Assembly (NCBI GenBank): GCA_016840165.1
Contig: JAEOSU010000072.1
Coordinates: forward strand, 32,001 to 96,000
DNA length: 64,000 bases
Source of the DNA: Promethearchaeota archaeon
Lineage (GTDB): Archaea > Asgardarchaeota > Lokiarchaeia > Sigyniarchaeales > SOKP01
Direction of reading: 5' to 3'
This document shows, piece by piece, positions 18,328 to 27,892 of the stretch (the stretch's first letter is position 1; each line of letters begins with the position of its first letter). A model generated the notes under the pieces. That model saw nothing but the letters and a program-made list of their open reading frames with translations, was not told where the DNA came from and ran no database searches. The translations under genes were made by a program, and so were the position numbers.

Positions 18328-19749
18328 CTATTTTTTCTCCCATTCAAAATCAAGTTTTACATATTTCCTTGTATAGAAATATGAAATCAACAAAATTACC
18401 GAGCAGATAGGTCCAAATAGAATTAAACCAAGTGCTACATCTCCCCCAGTTAAGCTTATAAGGGGAAGACTTTCAATTGCTATACCTAGCACAAAAACTC
18501 CAAACGCTTGAAAGAGGTTTAAGATTATACTATTAAAACCCGCATAAATTCCTGCTTTTAATTGACCTGTTTTTTGTTCATCATCTTGAGCGATATCGGC
18601 ATAGAGAATATAAGGAAATAAATACCAACCACCTAAAGCACCAGTAGCTATAATTACAAACAAAATTCCAATAAGTATTCTTGGAATAGCTTCAATTAAA
18701 GCTAATAATGAAATCGGTAAAAAGATTACAGCATATAAGAATATAATAAGGAGGGCTTTCTTTTTTCCACGTTTCTCTAATATTCTTCTCCAAATATATA
18801 GGAATGTAAAGATTCCTATTAGCAAGACTACAGCAATAATATAAAAATCTGTCCCAGTTAAAAATAGTGCAGCTTGATTATATGCTAGTATCGAATCAAC
18901 TAAAATAGACCATCCTAAGCTTGAAATGCCAATCATTAATACAACTAATAGATAATTATGGTTTTTTATTACAATCTTCAGATTTTCTTTTAAACTAGTT
19001 TTAATCTCAAATCTAGGTTCTTTGGGCATTAATATTCCAACTAAAATAAAAGCAACTACGGCAATAAGTCCAAAAAGTAGCACAAACATCAAAAAGTCAA
19101 TAGGTATGGGAGCGTTGGGATTTTTTGGGAGAGCTAGTTCAGGAGGGGGTGATAGGATATTGACATAATTAGTAAGCACTAGTATAGAAACTAAAGACAT
19201 TGCTCCATTACCAATCCAATTAAAATAATTTTGAAATTGAGACACTTTTGGGCGTTCAGGGTTAATGAATTGCTCTGCCATCCATGATTGATACACAGTT
19301 GTCATAGAATAACTAATTTTGAATAAAATATCCCATATTAAAAACCAAAAAAATAGCATTGCTTCACTATTAGGAGAAAGTTCATCAGAGGGTAATAATA
19401 CTAGATCTGGTAAAAATAAAGTGGGCAAAAATAGAAATATAAACGATATACCTAGTAATGGAGCAAAAGCTACAATATAAGGTTTTCTTCTCCCCCATTT
19501 TGTGTATTTGCCATCACTTAGCCATCCCATAGAAAATTGTCCAAAACCTATTACTACATATCCAATAGCTTGAGCAAGAGTTACCAATAAAGCAGATACG
19601 CCATATCCTGCATAGTACAAATTGAAAAGAGCGAATCCCTCCATACCAAGTACAAGTGAACTGCCTACTCTTGGAAAAGCAAATAACACTTTCTTTCCAG
19701 TGCCTGATTTTCCTATGAGTGATTCAGAAGATTCAGTCATATTTTTCAC
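18328..19749 (-). CDS. MFS transporter, GPH/MelB-like
   Basis: GWLSD...KWGRRKPY, ADIAQDDE..TG...GIY, about 12 TM segments. Confidence 0.88.
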   Translation of the reverse strand: MKNMTESSESLIGKSGTGKKVLFAFPRVGSSLVLGMEGFALFNLYYAGYGVSALLVTLAQAIGYVVIGFGQFSMGWLSDGKYTKWGRRKPYIVAFAPLLGISFIFLFLPTLFLPDLVLLPSDELSPNSEAMLFFWFLIWDILFKISYSMTTVYQSWMAEQFINPERPKVSQFQNYFNWIGNGAMSLVSILVLTNYVNILSPPPELALPKNPNAPIPIDFLMFVLLFGLIAVVAFILVGILMPKEPRFEIKTSLKENLKIVIKNHNYLLVVLMIGISSLGWSILVDSILAYNQAALFLTGTDFYIIAVVLLIGIFTFLYIWRRILEKRGKKKALLIIFLYAVIFLPISLLALIEAIPRILIGILFVIIATGALGGWYLFPYILYADIAQDDEQKTGQLKAGIYAGFNSIILNLFQAFGVFVLGIAIESLPLISLTGGDVALGLILFGPICSVILLISYFYTRKYVKLDFEWEKK

Positions 19750-19874
19750 ATTTTTTATTATTTTTTATACAAAATTGAGTTACTTCTAGCTTTGTAAGAT
19801 TTTTATTTAAGCCTTTTTATAAATTATATTGCTTAGAATATGGTTTTAATATAAAAGTAGGTTAAGTAAAATTT

Positions 19875-20870
19875 TTAATCTTCTTCCTCATCCCATCCTA
19901 AATCCTTGAGGACAGATTCAAAAGTTTTAGATTCCTTATCCAACACAAATTCAGTTTCATATTCTGTCGCGGTATCGGTAAATTGAGTTTCGAAATCGGG
20001 AGGTTTGAGTTCTTCAAAGGAAGGTAATTCTTCAGTAGATCTAGGTTCAATATTAGGTTCTATTTCTTGAATAGTCGGTTGTTCTTGTACAATTTGAGGC
20101 TCTTGGATGGTAGTATCTTCTTCAATTTCCATCGGAGTATAATCATCTAATGGTACAGGAGGAATCTCATCCTCATAAACCTTGAATTGTTCCTCAACCT
20201 TCTCAGAAACAACCTGTTCAGTTGGGGAGGGCTCCTTTGCTGTCTTATATTCAATTCCTAATGTTTTTGGAATAGAGACGATGTTATTTTCGGGAAAGGG
20301 TTTAGTTTCCTCACTTTCTCCTCCCTCTTTTTCCCAATCGTCAAGAAAACCAAGTAAGCCATCTAAAGCTTCTTTATCTTGTTCAACGGTGGGCATAACA
20401 ATTGGTTTATCCTCATCAATATCAATAGGGACGTTAAGCTTGGCTTTTTCAGAAGCCTCTAATGAGAGAGTCATTTCAGTAACCTCATCTCCAGATATTA
20501 GTCTATTCAGTTTTTTAGTCAATTCTCGAAGATAACCTAAATAATAGCCAATTCGATAGACATTTTTTAAACCAGCAAAGACAATATATTCATCGTTGAT
20601 TGCTAATAAGATACTATATCCCGAGGAATTATGAAGAATAATTTCAGTGAGAGCTCCATGAGCAGTTGCTTCACTTAATCTTAACCCTAAATCTATAAGG
20701 GCAGTACTCGACGCAGAAGTAGCGTCTGCATCTAATTCTGATGATCTGGCAGAGGCAACTTTCATACCAACCCTTGATAAAACCGCCAGATTTTCTAAGT
20801 CTGTATTATCTTCTTCATTCTTCAGAATATGAAGCATGTTATCACGAATATTTTGAGGGAGAGACGACAT
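19875..20870 (-). CDS. Roadblock/LC7 domain protein with long acidic disordered tail
   Basis: N-terminal ~125 aa with Roadblock pattern (AVLSRVG..VAS, IGYYL..LR), then an E/D/P-rich tail of about 200 aa. Confidence 0.75.
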   Translation of the reverse strand: MSSLPQNIRDNMLHILKNEEDNTDLENLAVLSRVGMKVASARSSELDADATSASSTALIDLGLRLSEATAHGALTEIILHNSSGYSILLAINDEYIVFAGLKNVYRIGYYLGYLRELTKKLNRLISGDEVTEMTLSLEASEKAKLNVPIDIDEDKPIVMPTVEQDKEALDGLLGFLDDWEKEGGESEETKPFPENNIVSIPKTLGIEYKTAKEPSPTEQVVSEKVEEQFKVYEDEIPPVPLDDYTPMEIEEDTTIQEPQIVQEQPTIQEIEPNIEPRSTEELPSFEELKPPDFETQFTDTATEYETEFVLDKESKTFESVLKDLGWDEEED

Positions 20871-20942
20871 TTTTTATCAATAATTTTTTCTCTATCTTAA
20901 GTATAATCATAGATTATATCCTAATATATTTTTTTCTGTCCA

Positions 20943-21662
20943 TTATTTTAAAAATTTAATTAAATTCATCTGAGTAGAAGGAGACTCGATTTCTTTGTTA
21001 AAAGAATACCCGGTTAATTCAGTAACTAATTCCATGATTTTTTCTAAAACCTGATCTTCATTCAAACCCTCAGTATTTATAACAAAAACATGATCTTGTT
21101 GATTTTTTGATAATAAGAATTGGTTATAGTAGGAAAGAATTTCTAACAGGTAATCTTTTTCAAATTCATTCCACTTTTCTCGCCTTTTATCTATCGCACC
21201 TCTTTGAATAATTCTTTTTAAAATCGTATTTGGTTCTGCCACCAAGTAAATTACGTAATGTTCTTTCCAATCTACAGAATTATACGTATCTTCGATAAGC
21301 TTGTAATCCTTTTCTTTTAAATGTAAGCTTTTAGAATAAATTAATATGCATAGAGGGGTTCTATCCAAGATAATAAGCCTACCATTATACTTTCTATCAT
21401 AATTGATAACATTTCTATTCCTTCGAATAAATTGCTGTAAGAAATGAATTTCACTTCGAAATGCAGTTTGTTTGTCAGTAGAACCAAAAGGAAAAGGTGG
21501 TATTTTGCGATATCTCTCGGGAAAAAATTTAAATTTTCTATTATCAGCCATCTTTTTCCTAAATAGATGGAATATAGTTGTTTTACCTACCCCATGAGCA
21601 CCAGCAAGAGAAATGATGATATTATCCTTACTTCCTTTGTTTCTATAAATTGTTCTCCCCAA
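20943..21662 (-). CDS. Thymidylate/deoxynucleoside kinase family P-loop protein
   Basis: GAHGVGKTT, ILDRT, RII.RG lid. TTG start with GGAG RBS. Confidence 0.8.
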   Translation of the reverse strand: MGRTIYRNKGSKDNIIISLAGAHGVGKTTIFHLFRKKMADNRKFKFFPERYRKIPPFPFGSTDKQTAFRSEIHFLQQFIRRNRNVINYDRKYNGRLIILDRTPLCILIYSKSLHLKEKDYKLIEDTYNSVDWKEHYVIYLVAEPNTILKRIIQRGAIDKRREKWNEFEKDYLLEILSYYNQFLLSKNQQDHVFVINTEGLNEDQVLEKIMELVTELTGYSFNKEIESPSTQMNLIKFLK

Positions 21663-21795
21663 TCTTTCTTTCTCCGAATAGTTTACATACTCACATATTA
21701 AAATGAATAATATTGATTAATAATACCACTAGAGTTATTTGATTTTTCTTATTTTTAAATTTATATATTAAAGGATGATGATTTTAAATACTATA

Positions 21796-22929
21796 TTAAG
21801 GGAAAATGACTATAATCATTAACACCGAATTAAAGATGATGCTAGCGATAATTGGATTGTATATATTTTTGTTTACTTCGTACAAAACCCCAAGAATCAA
21901 AAATATGAAAAATTCAATTAAAAAGAAATAGAGTCCTAGGGGTAATGAAAATACTAAATAGAGTAATGAATAAATCAGTGCAACAAGCACAATAGTACTA
22001 AATTTCCCAAAAAGATCATTTCCAAAATGAGATTTTAGTGTATTATGAAGAACGCCTCGATATACTATTTCTGTAGAAAATACACTCAAATTTAGTAAAA
22101 ATATAAGCAACACCATCCAATATGGCTCCGCTTCTCGAACTATTTGATTTTCTAATGCGATCTGAGAAAAAATATCATCAAAGTTGATCCCTAATTGCAT
22201 CATTAGCTCAATTATCGAATTCGAAAAACTATTAATAAGAATCAATAATAACCCCCCAATTATACCAATAACAATAGTAACCAAGAAGCTTTTAGGAGTG
22301 TACCAAAATCCGAGTTTTTTCATATTATGTTTTTTAGAATAAATATACCACAAAGGATATATTCCAAAGATAAGATCAGGAAGTTGGGATAAGATTATCG
22401 TCGTGATATTAATTGTTCCTGTGGTTCCATCTATAGGGAGTTGAAAGATAACTATAGATGTTATTAGGATTCTAATTATTATATATACCATAATAGAATT
22501 TCCAAATACATTTAATCCTTCTCTGAGATTCCATGTTGCTTTATTTAATACAAATCGTTGTTCCGGGACCAATTTTTTATCGGTAAAAATGAACCCTGGT
22601 CTTCTTTCACTTTTTTGGATCCCAATTTGATCCTTTGGTAGCTCGACTTTCTCTAATTTAGCATTACAGATCGGACATTGTTCAAGAATAGCAGAGCTTA
22701 TAATAGAACCACATCCGGGACATTTTCTTGAGATTTTATGCTTTTGATCATCACGAATTGGAATAAGCTCCTCTTTTACTTGATTCGTATTCTCTGTGGT
22801 CTTTCTTGCTACCTTTACCTTTACAACTAGTTTTCCGCACTTCGGACAATATATTTGTCCTTCATTTACTTTAGCGCCACAGTAGACACAATATTTAATA
22901 TTGGCTTTCTTATCTTTCTCATTTGACAT
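21796..22929 (-). CDS. Double zinc-ribbon protein fused to a degenerate CPBP-like membrane domain
   Basis: CVYC..CPKC and CPGC..CPIC ribbons, TEIVYRG motif, about 8 TM segments. Confidence 0.75.
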   Translation of the reverse strand: MSNEKDKKANIKYCVYCGAKVNEGQIYCPKCGKLVVKVKVARKTTENTNQVKEELIPIRDDQKHKISRKCPGCGSIISSAILEQCPICNAKLEKVELPKDQIGIQKSERRPGFIFTDKKLVPEQRFVLNKATWNLREGLNVFGNSIMVYIIIRILITSIVIFQLPIDGTTGTINITTIILSQLPDLIFGIYPLWYIYSKKHNMKKLGFWYTPKSFLVTIVIGIIGGLLLILINSFSNSIIELMMQLGINFDDIFSQIALENQIVREAEPYWMVLLIFLLNLSVFSTEIVYRGVLHNTLKSHFGNDLFGKFSTIVLVALIYSLLYLVFSLPLGLYFFLIEFFIFLILGVLYEVNKNIYNPIIASIIFNSVLMIIVIFP

Positions 22930-23053
22930 AATGCATAAACCAGTGGTTAAATTCTTTACTTATTATGAATAATTGTTATTCTACATCTATTTTCTTAGAT
23001 TAATATATAAAAATGAAATTATATAGTTTATGGTTATTTTAATAAACTGTTAT

Positions 23054-24322
23054 CTAATCATTCTTCTTTAACTTTTTTATCGATTTTTCATATAAGTTCT
23101 GTGAAATTGCATTTAATTGCATTAATAAAAATCCATGGTAAGAAGTTATTGAATTGTAATAACTCTCTCCCAGTGTATGTTTACCAGCATAAGTAAGTGC
23201 TAATTGAGCATTAAGTGCGGTTTCCATTATAAGTTCGATTCCTTTGTAAATTAAGTTCGGACTCCAAATCCCTCTATCAGGATTAGCCCACCAAGTCGTA
23301 TCCGAGCAAACACATCGATCATAAAACCATCTTGCAGTTTCAATGTAGGTTCTAATAATGGGTTCTTCTAAATGAGACAATTCAGAAGCATATTTCATAA
23401 GATGTTCTGTTGCAGTCATCATCTTCCAGTAAGATTGATGGATACTATTATCGGGATGATCCCAGAGAGGATAGGCAATATGATCCTCTAAATCTTCTTC
23501 TGTAGTGCTCCAGCTAGAATCTCGTGGAATGATTGGATTATTATGTGCAGGGAAAAGTTTATCCAATTCAGATATTAGAATTAGTTGTATCTCCTCCTCT
23601 TCATTTATTAATTCAAGTACTTTGCTGAGAAATTTTCTTTCATAATTCCTATGATGGTGCCCGAAAGTTTCAGAATCCATAGCAGTTATTATATAGTTAT
23701 CAACATTTTTTATTTCGTTATTATTGTTAAACATTTCTCTTAGATGGTTAACAAATTCTTTTGCGTTAATGCTATTAAATGAAATTTTATTACTTAGTAT
23801 ATCGTCCCTAAAAAATAAGTGTAGTCCCTGAGAAGAATGATAGATTTGATGAGAGGACCAATTTACGGGACATCCTATCCCACTCGATAAAATCCATTTA
23901 TACCCTAATTCCTGAACAACTTTAATGGTGTTAGAATTAATGGATAATTCTGGGGGAAAAAATCCATTTCGTTCCCATTTGTTAAAAATATTTTTATGAG
24001 TTTCTTCATTGAGAAGAATTTGGTGTTTCGCTTCTTTTTGCGGTATGAGAGGGAGTATTGGATGAAATTTTGCTGTGCCAACCAACTCAATCTTTCCTTC
24101 CGACCGTAAATAGTTAATAATTTCTAACGTTTCGGTTAAATTAAATTCCTGAAGCATATCAATTAGATTCGCGTTTAAATTCAGAGAGAATGCGGAGTTT
24201 TCATGCTCTTGAAGCATAGAAAATAATGGTTTATAACATTCTCTATTAATTCTTCTTAGCATCTCTGGATCTTGGAATGTTGGTTGGTATGTATGTAATA
24301 AAGGAGCCCAAAAAGTCGTCAA
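23054..24322 (-). CDS. Glycoside hydrolase family 57
   Basis: HTYQP, HPILPL, GFFPPE (nucleophile), MDSETFGHH (acid/base), SD..WW. Confidence 0.9.
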   Translation of the reverse strand: MTTFWAPLLHTYQPTFQDPEMLRRINRECYKPLFSMLQEHENSAFSLNLNANLIDMLQEFNLTETLEIINYLRSEGKIELVGTAKFHPILPLIPQKEAKHQILLNEETHKNIFNKWERNGFFPPELSINSNTIKVVQELGYKWILSSGIGCPVNWSSHQIYHSSQGLHLFFRDDILSNKISFNSINAKEFVNHLREMFNNNNEIKNVDNYIITAMDSETFGHHHRNYERKFLSKVLELINEEEEIQLILISELDKLFPAHNNPIIPRDSSWSTTEEDLEDHIAYPLWDHPDNSIHQSYWKMMTATEHLMKYASELSHLEEPIIRTYIETARWFYDRCVCSDTTWWANPDRGIWSPNLIYKGIELIMETALNAQLALTYAGKHTLGESYYNSITSYHGFLLMQLNAISQNLYEKSIKKLKKND

Positions 24323-24416
24323 AAATATCTCAACCCCTACAAGAAATAAATACCTTAAAAACTTTAGAGAGTTAAATGAATCTAAATTAATGAATTCTAC
24401 TATTTTTTAAAATATC

Positions 24417-25964
24417 TCACTTCTGATTTTCCAATGCTTTTTTACGATTCATGCAAGGCACACATCGCCCACAAGGAATTTCATAATCCCCATAACAACT
24501 CCATGTCTGGTCAATTGGAACTTCAAGTTCCTGAGCAATTTTTATAACTTCTGCTTTAGATTTTGTCGAAAATGGAAAGAGAAATTCAATTTTTGATTGA
24601 TCTTTTGAATGCTTTGAAATATCAATTAACTTTTCTAATCCCTCAAAAAAAAGAGAACTTGTATCATTAAATTTTTCAATGTCATCCTTTAAATGTCCTC
24701 CAATTACAAATTGACATCCATAAATGGCAGCATGATATGCAGCAATAGAATAAAAAACAAGATTTCTTAAAGGTATATAGCCTTGTGGAGCATGAGTAGC
24801 AGAAGGAACGGGGTAACCATCCATTCGTAAATCTACGGCATCTTGAATATAGGTTGCCGAGACTTCTATTAAAGGAATATCTAAAAGTTTTGCCATAGTT
24901 TTTGTTGCAAGAATCTCTTTTTTTGGCCTCCACTTATAGTTTATTGTTAAACCAATTACTTTATAATCATTCTTTATTGCCCAATAGAGTGTCGTAGTAG
25001 AATCAATACCTCCCGAAAGTAGAACAATCGCTTTTTTACTAGATTTTTTATTATTATGGGCCAATATATCTTTAACTGCGGCTTCAATTGCCATATTTAG
25101 TGGTGATAAAGTATAATGCAGAAGTTCAGCAGTCTTTTCTCCATTTTCTATAATATCACATCGCATCACATCAATCATATCCTTGCATATTTCGAACCGT
25201 TCAGGAGCTTGTTCATATGGCACATATTCTATCGCAGGTTCAGGTATATTGAGTCCTAAATTTTTGATAGTTTTGAGCACAAATCTAACCAATTCATTCA
25301 TTGTAACTTTTTCAGGGCCTACTAAATTATAGATTTTATTCGTTTCTCCAACACCTCCAGCTGCTTGTAGGAAAGCGGTTATAGCATCCTCAACAAATAT
25401 TGGTTGCATAGGAATATCACCTCTACCAGCGATTAATACTTTTCCATCAATTATTTGTTCAATTGTCTCTGGGATGAGCTCATCTCCAGGTCCTAAAATA
25501 TATGAAGGACGAAATATTCTGTAGTCTAAATTTGAGCCAATAAGTAGTTTTTCTGCTTCTCGTTTTGACCAGAAGTAGTCATTTTTTGCCCAATCTCTCT
25601 CGCCGTATTTATCAACTCCTAAACCCGATGGATATATAATTCTTTTAACTTCTGCTTCTTTTGCGGCGTTGATTATTTGTTTTAATCCCTCAATATTCAC
25701 CTTTTGAAATGCTTCCTTACTTCCACAAACAATATTCGCAAAATGAATAACTGCAATACAACCATTAAAAGCCTCTTGGTATTTTTTATTATCAAACTGT
25801 GGTATGAGATATGGTTTTGCCCCTAATTCTTTAACTTCATTAACAACCTCTTTTCTACGGATAATTGCATGTACGCTCCATCCCTTTATCATAGCTAATT
25901 TTATTGTATTTTTTCCTAAGTATCCATTGGCTCCTGTAATGGTCACTCTTTTTGAATTCGACAT
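24417..25964 (-). CDS. queC: Fusion of atypical SDR (NAD(P)-binding epimerase-like) and 7-cyano-7-deazaguanine synthase QueC
   Basis: N-terminal ITGANGYLG, YFWSK, RPSYILG, QPIFVED. C-terminal LLSGGIDS, YIPLRN, TWSCY...CGRCVPC. ATG at 25964 follows a GGTGA RBS. Confidence 0.88.
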   Translation of the reverse strand: MSNSKRVTITGANGYLGKNTIKLAMIKGWSVHAIIRRKEVVNEVKELGAKPYLIPQFDNKKYQEAFNGCIAVIHFANIVCGSKEAFQKVNIEGLKQIINAAKEAEVKRIIYPSGLGVDKYGERDWAKNDYFWSKREAEKLLIGSNLDYRIFRPSYILGPGDELIPETIEQIIDGKVLIAGRGDIPMQPIFVEDAITAFLQAAGGVGETNKIYNLVGPEKVTMNELVRFVLKTIKNLGLNIPEPAIEYVPYEQAPERFEICKDMIDVMRCDIIENGEKTAELLHYTLSPLNMAIEAAVKDILAHNNKKSSKKAIVLLSGGIDSTTTLYWAIKNDYKVIGLTINYKWRPKKEILATKTMAKLLDIPLIEVSATYIQDAVDLRMDGYPVPSATHAPQGYIPLRNLVFYSIAAYHAAIYGCQFVIGGHLKDDIEKFNDTSSLFFEGLEKLIDISKHSKDQSKIEFLFPFSTKSKAEVIKIAQELEVPIDQTWSCYGDYEIPCGRCVPCMNRKKALENQK

Positions 25965-26138
25965 AGAATCACCTAACAAAAAAGATCATTAAAAATGATT
26001 TAAATTTAATTTCAATAAACTAAAAATTCTGATTGAAATTAATGAAATTTAAGGCAAAAATATAAAAATTATTAAAAGAAATTCAAAACAGATTACATAT
26101 TTTGATTGATTGATTTATTACCAAGAGAATGAATATGG

Positions 26139-26600
26139 ATGGGTTTTAAAGTCATCGTTAATAATGCTGACACCAAATTTAGCGCATGTCACTTTTTAAA
26201 AGAGCCATTGAAGTGTTCACGAATTCATGGTCATAATTACTATGTTTCAGTAGAAGTAGAATCGGATATTGATGAGAATCATTTTGTGGTCGATTTCATT
26301 GAATTAAAGCAAATTGTTAAATCAGTGGTGGAACCATTAGATCACTATGTTTTGGTGCCAGAGTTATCTCATAATCTAAAAATAACCAAAATGGATGAAA
26401 GTATTGAAGTTATTACTAGTGATAATAAAAAGTATATCTTTCCAAAATGTGACGTTAAATTTTTACCCTTGGAAGCTACAACCAGCGAAATGCTTGCTAA
26501 ATATATTCATTCCCAAATGAAAAAAGTATTTCCAGATAAAATTATTACCGTAAAGGTCGAAGAAAGTAAAAGTACAATCGCTGTATTTAGTGATAGTTAA
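26139..26600 (+). CDS. queD: 6-carboxy-tetrahydropterin synthase QueD (PTPS family)
   Basis: FSACH, C..IHGHNY, VDF, LDH, TTSE.LA. Confidence 0.92.
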   Translation: MGFKVIVNNADTKFSACHFLKEPLKCSRIHGHNYYVSVEVESDIDENHFVVDFIELKQIVKSVVEPLDHYVLVPELSHNLKITKMDESIEVITSDNKKYIFPKCDVKFLPLEATTSEMLAKYIHSQMKKVFPDKIITVKVEESKSTIAVFSDS

Positions 26601-26614
26601 ACATCGTATGAATC

Positions 26615-27730
26615 TTATTTTTCAATAATTCGTTCTTTTATTATGGTCCCAAAATGTGTGGCTCCAGGACCAATGTGGACTAAAAATTCATCCCCTTTAT
26701 TCACGTTGACTACGGATTTTGCTTTTCCGTAAGTATCCACTAAACTTATTGTTTCAGCGTTTTGACAAATACAACTAATTTCAATTTTTTCCGAAGATTT
26801 GCCTGCTTCTAACAAAAATCTCAACATAGGGCGGGTTTCTATCTTAACTCTTCCAACTGTGACGACTCTCGCATTACCCATATAGTCTATGGCAAAAACC
26901 TTATCTCCCCCCTTAATTTCGCTTAAGTATCTTGTTTTATAGATTCGTTCTGAATCTTCACCTGGAACAAGGATATAAGCAGATACATCACCTGCATTAA
27001 CTCGAAATGGTCGTGAAGATATAAATTGAGTCTCAAATACTTCCGCATGGATTAATACAAATCCCATAGCTGTACTCCCTACTAACATACCCTCACCAAT
27101 ATTAAGGAGTGAGGTAGTGTCAACGCATACTCTTTCACTCTCTGAGATCGATTGTATATCTATCACCTTAGCTGCTTCTAATTCTATCATATAATCTGAT
27201 CTTATTATTTTTTTCATTTCTATTAGATCATCAGCACTCTTAGGTTCAAATAATATACCATCTACTCCCGATTCTAATGTTTTAAACATTAGCTCGGCTT
27301 CACTAATATTTTTTACATGGGCGATTAACTGGGTCTCACTATTAGCAGTTTCTGCTATAAGGTTTTCAAAAGGAATTACTTTCCAGTTTTTTGCCCTTAT
27401 GATTATAATATCAATGGTATTTGAGTTGCAAAGTTCTATTGCAGCTTCTAGATCTCCTTTATTATTTACATTCATAGATAAGCCAAGCTTTGGAATATGA
27501 GATCTTCCTTCTTCTATGATATTGTCTAAGTCTTCACGATTTTCACAAATATATACTTCCGTTTTCAGTTCAGGATCAAAAGCATATTTAGTTACCTGTT
27601 TTATAGTATTAAATTGGGAAAATGTTTTCTTTGAAACTAGAATGTCAAAAAAATTCATATTGAAAGCTTCTTGAGCTAATTCCTTCATATTATTTGATAT
27701 AACTCTAAAATCTAAGATTACTTTCTTCAT
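26615..27730 (-). CDS. 3-dehydroquinate synthase II (archaeal type)
   Basis: WKVIPFENLIA, RVCVDT, RPFRVNAG, VGRVKIETRP, QNAETI. Confidence 0.94.
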   Translation of the reverse strand: MKKVILDFRVISNNMKELAQEAFNMNFFDILVSKKTFSQFNTIKQVTKYAFDPELKTEVYICENREDLDNIIEEGRSHIPKLGLSMNVNNKGDLEAAIELCNSNTIDIIIIRAKNWKVIPFENLIAETANSETQLIAHVKNISEAELMFKTLESGVDGILFEPKSADDLIEMKKIIRSDYMIELEAAKVIDIQSISESERVCVDTTSLLNIGEGMLVGSTAMGFVLIHAEVFETQFISSRPFRVNAGDVSAYILVPGEDSERIYKTRYLSEIKGGDKVFAIDYMGNARVVTVGRVKIETRPMLRFLLEAGKSSEKIEISCICQNAETISLVDTYGKAKSVVNVNKGDEFLVHIGPGATHFGTIIKERIIEK

Positions 27731-27892
27731 TTTCTTCTATTGTTCAATATTCTCAATAATTGGACTATGAAAGTTTTTTTGCTAAAAACAATTTATGTTT
27801 ATTATATTCTAATAAATATTTAAGGTAAAAAAATCATATTAATTATAAAAGAAATGCATTATAATTATCTTCCAAATGGAGATGAAGCATAA

